A stretch of 64,000 bases of DNA, taken from Octopus vulgaris (lineage: Eukaryota). A program made the translations under genes and the position numbers. Of this stretch, positions 51,617 through 64,000 are shown piece after piece (the first letter of the stretch is position 1; each line of letters starts with the position of its first letter). The notes beneath the pieces are model-generated. The model did no database searches, was not told the origin of the DNA, and worked only from the letters and a program-made list of their open reading frames with translations. The DNA is taken from positions 64,356,001 to 64,420,000 of the forward strand of contig OX597818.1 of assembly GCA_951406725.2 (NCBI GenBank). Reading direction: 5' to 3'.

Positions 51617-53447
51617 CAATGCATACATACACATACACAGTGACACGTAATAAAAAAATATATAACAAACTTTAATGTTAGATTTAATTACATTTTCCTC
51701 AACTTTATACTTGATAACTTACAAATTTTTGCCGGAGTTCCCTTAACGCGGAAATAATTATCCACTAATTGCTTGAAAGTGCATTTTTGTATCAGTTTAT
51801 TCGTGTATGTTTATATGTATTTTTGTTTTTATATATGTGTGCATAATTATAATTAGCATTTCTCCAATTAAGTATAAATTGGACCTTTGTTAACCAGCGA
51901 AATTTTCGAACGAATGGATACAGTATTTTGTAGCTACGAGTAACTGTGTTAGAGATGAAATTCACAAAATATATACCAGTCTAAGCATCGTTGGAGCATA
52001 GAGTAACATAAGAGTCTTCCTGGATATTAATTGTTGATATCTCTCGATGGGATGTGTTAGAGATCCAATTGTATTTTTTAATCTCGAATCGCCTTTAAAA
52101 AATTCCTCCGTCTTACCATTAAAATACATATATATATAATAGTCCAGCATAGGGACCTCAAACAATAATATTTCATGCAACCATCTAGATCTTATCGTTG
52201 TTACTGAACGCCCACTGTCGTTCTGTCATTTGCTGCGGTATTTTACCAAACATAACATCACTTACGGACCTGCAGTGTTACAAATCATTATTACGAAGAG
52301 TATTATGTATAAGATATACACTTAAATTTGACATATACTTTCAGAATATCTTTAAAAGCGGGTTGGTAAACATGTATAATTTTTTTCAACCCTAACGTTC
52401 GACCTAAATAATAAGATTCTTCCTAAATGCATTTTCTAAAATCTTATCAGAAATATGTTTGAGAAGGTGTTTTTGTACCAAGCAATCGCTAGTTCTAGTT
52501 GCAAGGAGTGATATAAAATATTGAAAATTCAAATTTTGGTTCAATAAAAAATCGAAGATGTGATAGGCGATAGGGGAGGAGGGATAGAGAGCGTGGGACG
52601 GAAAGAGATAGATCGGCCACATATCATTTAAATTCAATAAACCTCTGCAAGAACATAAGACTTCACGCAATGCAATAATGGAACTCATATACATAAGGCT
52701 GTACATGCAACATATCAGCATCTACATCCTGTGTCCTCTCACACAAAATTAAGATAACACACAACCATATTACGAAATATTGAGTCCTAATGCTTTAATC
52801 TTCGAAGAGTTACAAATATAGATAAATGTTAAATAAGTTCTTCGACGTTTAAAAGAAGAATTTATCAGAGAATTCTGTTCGGAAAGCTAATAGATTCAAT
52901 ACTTTAAGAGTAATTGTTACAGTTTAAACAGGTAGTTTTATTATGCAGGTGTAACCATCGTTTAAGAAGCGATTGCTACGATTCAAATGGCATGGTTACT
53001 ACGAAGTGTACGTTTATATGATAGCACTAGTAATAATTTAATGGCAACAACTAATACGAAGGTATATGCGAAGAACATAATAATTGACATTGATGAGAAG
53101 CAGTCGTAAATATATGTAGAGACTCGCACACAATGACATGAGCACACAGAAATATAAACGCACAGAGTTGGCCACAGAATAACATATTTTTGTGTATGTA
53201 TAGATATATACATATATAATAGAAATATTAAAATTACTAAGTCTCTATAAAAGAGATTACGACAGCGTTTACTGGGAATTAATAGTTATCGCCATATTAA
53301 TATGGCTTTCTTATAGATATAAGAATAATCCCTGCCATGGTCAGCTCCATGAGGCCACCGCCATCAAGATAGCTATTGATACACGATCTGTATCCATTAT
53401 AACCTTCGAACAAGGGAGGTCAGCCGCTTCACACTGCCAGTCCGACA

Positions 53448-53489
53448 GCTACAGACGCGTTTCGGGGTATTGCCCCTTGTCAATGTAAC
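53448..53489 (-). ncRNA. Type I hammerhead ribozyme, U3-A8 core variant
   Basis: GTTACA-TTGACAA-GGGG-CAATA-CCCC-GAA-ACGCGT-C-TGTAGC. Confidence 0.8.
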
Positions 53490-53877
53490 GCAGTCAGACC
53501 CGCAGGTGTCGCCACTGACGTCTCTGTTCGAAGACTTATATTTACCTAGTTTCAGTGGAATACATCCACTTGTTTTCAATAATAGAAATATTGTTCGAAG
53601 GTTATAATGGATACAGATCGTGTATCAATAGCTATCTTGATGGCGGTGGCCTCATGGAGCTGACCATGGCAGCGATTATTCTTATATCTATAGGAATGCC
53701 ATATTAATATGGCGATAACTATTAATTTCCAGTAAACGCTGTCGTAATCTCTTTTATAGAGACTTAGTAATTTTAATATTTCTATTATTGAAAACAAGTG
53801 GATGTATTCCACTGAAACTAGGTAAATATATGCTTTCGAACAGAGACGTCAGTGGCGACAACTGCGGGCCTGACTGC

Positions 53878-53919
53878 GCTACATTGACAAGGGGCAATTC
53901 CCCGAAACGCGTCTGTAGC
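53878..53919 (+). ncRNA. Type I hammerhead ribozyme, U3-A8 core variant
   Basis: GCTACA-TTGACAA-GGGG-CAATT-CCCC-GAA-ACGCGT-C-TGTAGC; predicted GUC cleavage after 53913; stem I extends via CTGAC/GTCGG. Confidence 0.85.
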
Positions 53920-54337
53920 TGTCGGACTGGCAGTGTGAAGCGGCTGACCTCCCTTGTTCGAAGGTTATAATGGATACAGGTCGTGTATCAATAGCTATCT
54001 TGATGGCGGTGGCCTCATGGAGCTGACCATGGCAGCGATTATTCTTATATCTATAAGAATGCCATATTAATATGGCGATAACTATTAATATACATATATA
54101 GATTTATATATAAATAATCCAAAAACAATGAAGAAACAAAGCAAAACAAGAAAAAAACAGCAACAACGTGAGGATGGGGTACATACAAAGTATTAAAATA
54201 CGTTCAATGAAAGAAAGAATGGGTGTTTTATATTTCGAGATAAGCACTTCTTCAGAACAGGAGAGAGAGGGAAGTCCAACAGAAAAGGATGTCGGTGGAA
54301 AAAAATAACCTACAAACCACATGTAGTAACGTTTGGA

Positions 54338-54411
<74 letters not shown>

Positions 54412-54507
54412 GTATATATATAAACATATATGAATACATCTATGTATATATGTATGTATATATAATATATATATATATATATGCAGATATATATGTATGT
54501 ATGTATG

Positions 54508-54560
<53 letters not shown>

Positions 54561-54562
54561 TA

Positions 54563-54617
<55 letters not shown>

Positions 54618-56267
54618 TTATACATACATATATGTATATAGTATGTATGTGTATATCTATCTCCCTCTATATGTGTGTGTGTGTGTACGTCTGTGTACAT
54701 ACGTGATTGTGTGATATTTTTAATCCAATAACAGGCGTTTTGTTCACTAATACTATTTAGTTATTTACAAACATGCATTTACGACATTCGCAACACGATT
54801 TCCTATTAACAATTTGTGTAAGCAAAATGTGTCGTTACATCGGCACTCCTCGGACACAATATATAGATATTTAATTACATTGTGTGTTGCAGCAAACAAA
54901 CATACAATTGTGTTCTGTTTTGTTTTGTTGCATGTTTGTGTAATATCAAAATTTAATTATGTGGATGTCAGATATGGTTTGGTGGAAGGGAAACTACCTT
55001 CTGTTTTTGAAGTAGAATGTGTGTGCGTGTGTGCGTGTGTGTGTGCATTTGTGAGGCTGTGTAAATGTGAATTTATGCATATCTACGCATGTATTCATGC
55101 TCATGATATATACATACACATGAACATAATTATACATACATGTGTGTACTTATATGCATATACATTTACCAATATATTATATATATATATGCGTGTGTGT
55201 ATATATACGTATGTATATATATACATATTATATATATTTATATATATATATATTGATAGATAGATAGATATATACACGTATGCATATGTATATATACGTA
55301 AATACGTATATATGTATGCACACATATATACATATACATGCATACACACACTCTCACACGCACACACGAACACAGTTATATATATATATATATATATATA
55401 TAGTTTTAAACGGACCTTAAATATCTAAATATTTCTTCTGGATCAGAAACCTTATTAAATAGGAATCATTAGTAATTGTTTAACAGTTAATGAAAATTAT
55501 TTATTATTTATATAGTTGTATTTTTCTTTTTGTTTTCGTTTTCTAATTTCTTATTTCTTGTATTGCCTATTTGTCAGACATTAATTATCTGAAAATGGCG
55601 TCATGCCTATGACTAGATTACATTGTCGACGACAACGGAAATTTTACTGGCTGCCAATTCCTACATTAGTTTTACTTTTTACTATCAAAAATCAATAAGG
55701 AATTAACCTATCTCTTATTAAATGAAATACAATATGATAGCAGAATAATGTTTTGTTTTTGTTGTTTTCCCGTTTCTAGGTTCGTCTCTTAACGTGCACC
55801 GTTGTTCGTTATTTCTGGAAGGAATAAGCAGTGAATCTAAGGATAATATAAATTACCTTGTAGTTATCTCGTTGAATTTTTTGTCTCTTGGTTTGTATTT
55901 AGCAAGAGCTAAAATGTAATGCTTTATATAACATACACGCTGTGCGCTGAAGCGATTTAACGAGGTGACATACTGGAAAATAAAGCGAATACACAAGAAA
56001 AATATGTATCCGCTACATAAACGTAGTAATCCCCTTGCACTAAGGTAATTGAAGTTTATATCGAAACGGAAGGAGACAGAGACGATGACGAATAAATTTT
56101 GCTTGAAAATATTCCTTTTGTTGCTCGAAACGGAGAGTAGATAAATGGCTCACAACTGATGATGGGTCATTCTTTGTATTACTTGTCCGTTTTTCTCTCG
56201 TTGCTTCCGTATTTAACTCACTTGTTTTCGTGTTTCATGTTGTTTACATTAAGTGACATCCGTACCC

Positions 56268-56340
<73 letters not shown>

Positions 56341-56351
56341 TATATGTATAG

Positions 56352-56383
<32 letters not shown>

Positions 56384-56458
56384 ATACATATATATATGTA
56401 TAGATATATGTATATATGTATATATATATGTATATATATATATATATGTAAATATGCA

Positions 56459-56520
<62 letters not shown>

Positions 56521-56608
56521 CATATTATTTTTATACATATATATATGTATGTTTGTATCATGACATTTAACATAACATCAAATATTTTTCTTTCTAAGCC
56601 CTTCAAAG

Positions 56609-56694
<86 letters not shown>

Positions 56695-57859
56695 CATATG
56701 ATACGCATGGTGCTGTACAGCATCCACATAATTTGCAAGCCGTAAAAGAGATAGTTAGTTGCCACTTACAACCGCAGACTGAGGTGGGATCTTGGACGAA
56801 TGCTAGCATGGTTGAATCTCCTGTTCAAGGCATTAAGTGAAGACATCTGCATCGTGATGTTGGATAACTGAAAAGGCCTAGGTGTCTTAGACTATAGGCT
56901 CAAGTTTACTTGCGACTAAGCGCGATATCTTTACCAACAGATAGTTGTTGGATGTCAATTAGTATACGAGCTGCCATTGGAGAGCTGCAGCATCTTAATC
57001 CATGTTATTTAGACTTTTGTACACCAGTTGGTAATTGGTATTGAGGCCCAGAGATGTAATCTGGTGGAGGAACAGCTCCTACTCCATCACTCACTGTCCT
57101 ATGTATGAGAGGAAAGAGAGAGTCTGTAAGCAGTTTTGATTGCTTTATTAGACCTAAAATGTTGCGCATATATTACTTTGTTAGTAATAGTCTACTTACT
57201 GACAGCAATCATGTAGAAAGAGGCTCTCAATAAATTTCGCGATAGAAGGTACAGAGTCTTGAAATATACATAAATTGTTCTTTTCTAATATAGATACAGA
57301 TGGCATTATTTTCAAATCACAGTATATAATGGTATAAAGTAATACAGCCATATAAAATAGGATAAAATAATTACAATTGTCGGCAATATATCTTGCAAAC
57401 AAGTTGAACATAATTATAAATATTCGTAATAAGATATTTCAAAAGTATTTAATCGAAACACTAAAAATGAAGATAAATAACTGTATAGATATATAGGCAC
57501 AGACGTGCCTGTCTGGTAAGAGAGACAGAGAGTGTTTGTGTTTATGTGTATGTGCGCACGCGCACGTGTGTGTGTACGTATCTATGTAAATAATTGTGTA
57601 TTTATATATACCAGAGTAACCACGTAGATATGAAGTAAGTTGAAAGAAGTACTACTCGAATAATACCGGGGGATAGAGTAATATGCTTTCTTTATATATA
57701 TATATATATATATATATATTACGGAGATGTACTCGCATAGCAAGTAATTTGATCTGAGATCGTGTGCTGAAACGAAAACAATTGCAGCGTGGGAGGTGTT
57801 TATAAGCCATTTAAGAAACACACAAAAGCCGTTCGATTCACTCCAACATTTAAGTTTAA

Positions 57860-57909
57860 TTTGTCAAAATATTTTCGTCGCTAAAATCCGCGACCTGTTC
57901 ACTGACAAA
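57860..57909 (-). ncRNA. Hammerhead motif, G3-C8 core variant (mirror copy)
   Basis: Mirror image of 57943-57992. Confidence 0.65.
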
Positions 57910-57942
57910 GTCCGTGCTGCATCACGGTGATGCAGCACGGAC

Positions 57943-57992
57943 TTTGTCAGTGAACAGGTCGCGGATTTTAGCGACGAAAATATTTTGACAAA
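57943..57992 (+). ncRNA. Hammerhead motif, G3-C8 core variant
   Basis: TTTGTCA-GTGAACA-G-GTCGC-GGATTTTA-GCGAC-GAA-AATATT-T-TGACAAA: 7-bp stem I, 5-bp stem II, palindromic stem III, UUU site. Confidence 0.65.
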
Positions 57993-58076
57993 TTAAACTT
58001 AAATGTTGGAGTGAATCGAACGGCTTTTGTGTGTTTCTTAAATGGCTTATAAACACCTCCCACGCTGCAATTGTAT

Positions 58077-58112
<36 letters not shown>

Positions 58113-58254
58113 CATCTGCCCATGGGGAACGACCTTCTTCTACCATGTTCTTAATGATGAAATTAACCTCTCTGTCTAAATATTTACCCTCTTTGTAATG
58201 CTGGCAAATGGAATAAGTATAAAAATGTACCTTGTCTATTTAATAAAAAAATTC

Positions 58255-58382
58255 TATATGTGGCTGATGATTGCTCTACATTTTAAAACTGATGTAATAC
58301 ATACATTGTTTAATAAAATGATGTAGCATGAAATGATTGTACTGCACTACCTTTGGATACCCTTGTTACTTATTTTGATTAT
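58255..58382 (+). mobile_element. Older single-arm copy of the 34658-35080 hammerhead family
   Basis: tggCTGATGAttgctc.acattttaaaactg..ataaaatgatgtagc.tGAAA; stem III ACGATCGT has decayed to ATGATTGT by two CpG-to-TpG changes. Confidence 0.75.
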
Positions 58383-58394
58383 ATATATACATAC

Positions 58395-58494
<100 letters not shown>

Positions 58495-58544
58495 GAGTAA
58501 CAGCATCATAACGCAATTCACCCCGCCGTATTACTTGGACAACA

Positions 58545-58870
58545 GATTGAACTTAATCCTCCTAACACAACCCCGAATACGCTCAACAACACAGAAGCCG
58601 TCAGAAAAAATGCAGAAGAGTCAACTGTGGGATATGCGTCAAACCTGATATACACACTAACCTGCTCTGTGTGTCAAGAGCAATACATAGGCCAAACAGA
58701 AAACAGTCTACGTAAAATAATGACTCTGCAAAGATCCCAGATCAAAATTCCCCAAAACAGAAAAATAACATTCAGCCAACACACAGACTTTTGCGCCAAT
58801 ATCAAAAATCGAAGCTTCAGAATTTTTCCCTCTACCAATTCGGGGACGATTCAACGTGGAGCCAACGAAT
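58545..58870 (+). mobile_element. Penelope-like element GIY-YIG endonuclease relic
   Basis: KKCRRVNCG linker, then NLIYTLTCSVCQEQYIGQTENSLRKIMTLQRSQI..SQHTDFCA..FRIFP; frameshifted and internally deleted. Confidence 0.85.
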
Positions 58871-59138
58871 TAGTAGATACTCTCTTTATTACACAGTACA
58901 GATTCCCATTTGAACGGGTCTACGTGTTGGATATGTCAACAAGCGACATATCCTCCATGAGTTTAGAATAATACTTACACACACTCGAATATTAAAAACG
59001 ATAATCTCAAGAAATTCCCAAGAATTCATTAAAAGCAGTTCCAATCACTGCTATGATCTATAACATGCCAATTTTAAGTCATTTGAAAATTTAACAACTT
59101 TCTTCTTTCATACTACCTATCTTCCCTCTTATTCTCCC

Positions 59139-59292
59139 TTCTTCTTCTTCTTCTTCTTCTTCTTCTTCTTCTTCTTCTTCTTCTTCTTCTTCTTCTTCTT
59201 CTTCTTCTTCTTCTTCTTCTTCTTCTTCTTCTTCTTCTTCTTCTTTTTCTTCTTCTTCGTCGTCGTCTTCTTCTTCTTCTTTTTCTTCTTCT
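59139..59292. repeat. (CTT)n microsatellite
   Basis: Direct reading. Confidence 0.95.
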
Positions 59293-59524
59293 ACCAAGAA
59301 TTCAAAACAACCTCGAACACACAGGAGTAAACAAGAGATAGAGAGAGAGGGATAAAGAGAGAGAGGTAGGAACAAAGTCAATGCTACTTGTGTTTGAATA
59401 CTATGCAAATATTCTTTTAAAAATCATTTCGTTTAATTTTTCCAAAATTTAATTGTTTTCCATATATATATATACATACACACACATATATATATATATA
59501 TGTATATATGTATATGTATATATG

Positions 59525-59606
<82 letters not shown>

Positions 59607-59687
59607 CATGTATGCGTATGTATATGTATCACCTGAACAGTTCGAAGTGAGTTGAATAAAATAAGTAACAGGTTGACACGTATGAAA

Positions 59688-59771
59688 GCAATACGACCGG
59701 TTCAAGCTGATACATTTAATTGGACAGTGCAAGCATTACATCAGGTTAAGTGCAGTGCCATCTTCAGTTGC
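59688..59771 (-). ncRNA. Decayed hammerhead motif
   Basis: GCAA-CTGAAGA-long stem II region-GAACCGGTCGTA-TTGC; two changes from GAAACGATCGTA. Confidence 0.4.
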
Positions 59772-59855
59772 AAAAACTATAGATTTTCACCATACTAAAT
59801 ATATTAGAATTATATTAATAGATCTTGCATGTTGAAAATCCATATCTTTAGTAAC

Positions 59856-59904
<49 letters not shown>

Positions 59905-62013
59905 CTGTGTGTGTTTGTGTATGCTGGTGTATACTTGGCTTTGTGGTAAACACTTTCTGTCTTAAACGTATGATCTGAAATTTTTTGATCAATTTTATAA
60001 GGGCAGATTGTTAGTATTTTGACGTTAGATATTTTGTACTAAAATGATGTAAGTAACTTTGCTTGAAACTGAAACTGACGATTCAGCTAACCAGCAGCCC
60101 GGCAACGTTTTTCGTGAACCCCTATATTCTGTAGATGATGCAAGTATATATATACACCTGATAACAAAGGTTTACATGTATGAGAACATTTCTAATTATA
60201 ACACATCTCCAATACAATCAATAAACATTCCCCACAGTATTTTCTACCATACCGTATCATATAGTCTAATTAACATTCAAAAGAATTCAGCTCACCGTAG
60301 AACGATTTAATCTAACATAGATTATATAACCCCAAGGTGAATTCAAATGCTTTCGTCCTGTGATGTATGAGGTAGGGTAAACTGCGACGTCACCTCCAAT
60401 GTTATTCTTGTTACAGAATAATATAGGAATTCAAGCGTGACCAATAGATGCCTAGTGTGACTGTAAAGTACAACCCTTTTCTGAGTTCATTGACATTGTG
60501 CAGGTTAAAGTAATTAGCGTTGCTTACAATTTATATTTTATAAACTGAACGGCGGAGGAAGGAATAATTTAGCGGCAATTATTACTGGACTGTGGGTTCT
60601 ACATGAAAAAAAAACGAGTGTCTATGTGAGTGTATTTGTGTGAGTGAGCGTTACTGAGTTTGTCCGATGATACGTCTTTCTGTGTGTACTGGAGTATCTT
60701 TTCTGAATGATTCTCTGTCTGTCTCGCTCAACAAACACATAAGAACACACACATATATAAACAAATATATTCATAAATGCACACATACTGGTGTAAACAG
60801 TTTGCATTTATTATAAGGCTAGCTTCAAATATTGCACGCTGCATTTCCTGAATGTATTATAAAGATTTAAATTATTGATAAATATTGATGGAGATCCTGC
60901 TATAACAAAGCTGACCTAGATAGTTTCTGATAGCTCAGTCATATATTTAGTTTTATTATATGTTTGAAGTATCTTCCCTCATTTAACAACCTATTAATGA
61001 TAAACTGCATTGCCTATATCAAATTCATATCTATGTGTGATATATTAATTAGTGATAAATTTCAGAGGAAATTGATTTCATAAGCCAAACTTTTAAACTG
61101 CGTGATAATATACCAATTGATAAAAAAAATTACTATCTTAATGATATCATTATTGTTATTTAATGGCTGCTTTCTGATAGCAGAATAGAGAGGATTTATT
61201 ATTTAGCTATGTTTCGCACGAATAGATAATCGATTCGGCGTGTACATATATTTATTCGCTTCAACACGCAGAGCCATTGAATATAACAACACGTATATGC
61301 GTATATAAATAAACAAACAAATGTTATTCACCGAATTCGTTTGATAGTGAGTGGTTGCAACTATTGCCATGATCCAATATCTTTTGAAAGTTAGTCGCTT
61401 GTGTCATGTACCAAACTGAACCAGAAAATATTTACATTAAATATGTGACGAATCTTTTACATATTCACAAAAAATAAATCAGAAAAACATCAATTGATTC
61501 CGATAATTATACATGTATTAAAGCAGAAAAACGAGATATACATTTAACTCTTGCATTTACGAGAACATATATTTCATATAGCAGAACTGAAGTGTGAATA
61601 TTTCACTTTACTCTTTCGAATATTTTACACATTAGTTTTCATTATTTTGCGAGAATTGAAAAGGTGGAGAATTAGCAAATGAAAATGACACTTCATTTTC
61701 TGTGAAGGAAAATATTCAGTGCATTTTGATTCTCATCAGGGTGGCGTAACCAGGGAAACTATATGCATTTATACGTCTACGTGCGTATGGTACATACAGA
61801 GTTCAATTATTCATGAACACTGAAAATTGGAAAGACTTTCTCTCCAGACATTCGCCTTTCTCTATTGGCAAGAATTCTTGAACTAAAACTGAATATTGAC
61901 ATACATATATGCATACATGCATACAAGCATTCATACATACTTACATACATACATACTTACTTACACACATACATACATACATACACACATACATACATAC
62001 ATACATACATACA

Positions 62014-62089
<76 letters not shown>

Positions 62090-62099
62090 TATTTACTAC

Positions 62100-62220
62100 T
62101 TACCACTTGGTTCCGGGATTATTTCCACTGCATAGCACATTAAACAGGTGTCTTCTACTTCGGCCTCGGGCGACAAGACGTGATCGGATTTGTCCGACAG
62201 AAATGATAGCAAACCGCCCT
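62100..62220 (+). mobile_element. Old SINE family A fragment
   Basis: accacttggttccggg..ccactgc..gtgtcttctact.cggcctcggg. Confidence 0.55.
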
Positions 62221-62269
62221 ACCCCCTATCTACCTACCTACCTACCTACCTATCCATCAATCTATCTAT

Positions 62270-62334
<65 letters not shown>

Positions 62335-62335
62335 A

Positions 62336-62466
<131 letters not shown>

Positions 62467-62519
62467 GAGAAAAGCATAAATATCTTCCTCATTTAGAGAA
62501 TGCAAGGTGTGGAGGTTGG

Positions 62520-62996
62520 CGTTTCGAGATCAAGTCTTAGGAAAGCATAAGAATTAGAATTAGATAACTCTACTTTACCCAGACTTCTTCTTTCATCAGC
62601 GCAGGATACTAACAATCATGAATGATTGAATATTGAATTTTGAGATACTAGAAGGCACCAACTCAACTCAGTATCAGAGCGAGCTAGAAGCCACTGCTAG
62701 TATCACTAAATTCAAAGAATGAATGAACGTTTGTGTCATCAGTCCCTTCCCACCCGCGTGTAGCCAAGACAAAGTGCCGTGGTCATTTACTGGGATGAAT
62801 ATGGTTTATGAGTAACAATGAAGGGTGAAATTAATTAATTTGGAACAATTATCAATTACACCAAGTAGTCTTCGGCATGTAAACATGATTGTTAGTATCC
62901 TGCGCTGATGAAAGAAGAAGTCTGGGTAAAGTAGAGTTATCTAATTCTAATTCTTATGCTTTCCTAAGACTTGATCTCGAAACGTACGTCCGTAGG
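62520..62996. mobile_element. Inverted-repeat element: perfect 101-bp arms (62520-62620, 62884-62984) with a 263-bp spacer
   Basis: cgtttcgagatcaagtcttagg..tcatcagcgcaggatactaacaatcatg and its exact reverse complement. Confidence 0.88.
62899..62996 (+). ncRNA. Type I hammerhead ribozyme, canonical core, long stem II
   Basis: CCTGCG-CTGATGA-[AAGA..AAGTCT..AAAGTA/TGCTTT..AGACTT..TCTC]-GAA-ACGTACGT-C-CGTAGG; predicted GUC cleavage after 62990; A-C mismatch at the base of stem II. Confidence 0.8.
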
Positions 62997-63768
62997 TGAC
63001 TTAAAACTGTATGATAGATTGCCGTTAATTCATTCTCTTTTACCTGTTTGTGTTTGCCTTTCAAATGCTGTGCCTTTACTGTGATCTCCCTTTTAGTAGA
63101 AGAAATAGCTATAATCTATTTGACTGCTATTTCTAAATTCGGTGTGTGGTAAGGCAATTCGTTGCTAAACCCTTAATTGCTTAGTATATATATATATATA
63201 TATATATATATTATGTACGCAACGACCTGCATACCACTATACATCCGGTATTATTGATATTGAAAGTAGTAACAGGAAAAACCTCAAACAAAATGGTAAT
63301 ATTATTGAGAATGAGGAGAATGGTTTCCTTGAAATCCTCTTTGAAACCCCCAGTATCTCAAACGTGTTTGAGATCGCTATTTATATCAGCAAATATCATA
63401 TCGAGTAAAAAAACAAACACCTGGAAAAAATTATATTTGTAATGTTTGAAGCCAACTGTGCATTGGAAAGAAGACTGTTTTTACTGTTTCTAATTTTCTC
63501 TTCGATCCAATCGTCGATATATTTCCTTTCTTTTTGTTTATAATTGAGATTTTTTTCGCTACTGTATGATAGAATCCATAAAAAATACGGGAAGTGTAAT
63601 GTCAATTATGTATATTAACAATAGGGCAAATGGAAAATGCTCCGAGGAGTATTCTGCGCTGCATGAAATATGCATTATCTTTCGTGTAATAAATAACCGG
63701 ATTATTTGATAACATTAGCCTCAGCTGCTTTACATATGTGTGTGTATGTGTTTATGTCTATATATACG

Positions 63769-63856
<88 letters not shown>

Positions 63857-64000
63857 TACATATATATATATAACTATATATGTATATATGAATATATATA
63901 TATGCATCTGTTTTCGTGTGTATATAAGTACGTATGCATGTGTATATAAAACCATGCACTAGATATAGAACAAATTTTGCATGTGTTTCATTTATTGCTG

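Larger units (their letters stand above)
53218..54089. mobile_element. Retrozyme-like element: 363-bp non-coding unit, about 1.03 units on - joined to about 1.37 tandem units on +
   Basis: aatagaaatatt at 53218 and 53581, and ttgttcgaagg at 53591 and 53954, both give a 363-bp period. The arms are reverse complements in different circular permutations; one HHR per unit; flanked by TA repeats. Confidence 0.9.
57719..58074. mobile_element. Perfect palindromic repeat element (148-bp arms, 1-nt spacer at 57926)
   Basis: 57778-57925 is the exact reverse complement of 57927-58074 as read by eye; inside (TA)n; family copies at 11423 and 35200. Confidence 0.92.

Noticed and set aside
53788-53970. 60-codon ORF present in both arms of the 363-bp unit
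   Set aside because: It starts at TTG, overlaps the ribozyme and resembles no known protein. Its duplication is explained by the repeat. The unit length is divisible by 3, but this frame has a stop.
59091-59408. Poly-glutamate ORF
   Set aside because: It is the reverse strand of a (CTT)n tract with no supporting flanking coding sequence.

Overview
AT-rich, microsatellite-saturated eukaryotic non-coding DNA, most likely from an octopus or other coleoid cephalopod. This is inferred from an ND4 fragment that reads open only in the invertebrate mitochondrial code and from the tRNA/CORE-type SINEs. No intact protein-coding gene is visible, and almost all ORFs in the track are (TA)n, (GATA)n or SINE artefacts. 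The window holds several SINE families, relics of LINEs (R4/Dong-like, CR1-like, RTE), a Penelope-like GIY-YIG fragment, Tc1/mariner MITEs, a Helitron-like element and a NUMT. The main signal is a set of type I hammerhead ribozyme (HHR) motifs in about ten unrelated small non-coding repeat families. Most have palindromic minimal stem III, and many sit in fold-back arrangements. The best example is a 363-bp circularly permuted retrozyme-like unit with a U3-A8 covariant core (53.2-54.1 kb). A perfect 148-bp-arm palindrome carries a G3-C8 covariant core (57.7-58.1 kb), and canonical C3-G8 motifs occur at 11.9, 34.7-35.0 and 62.9 kb. A tRNA-headed SINE also appears to have a tail from one of these HHR elements. 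All structures were paired by eye and none were tested for activity.
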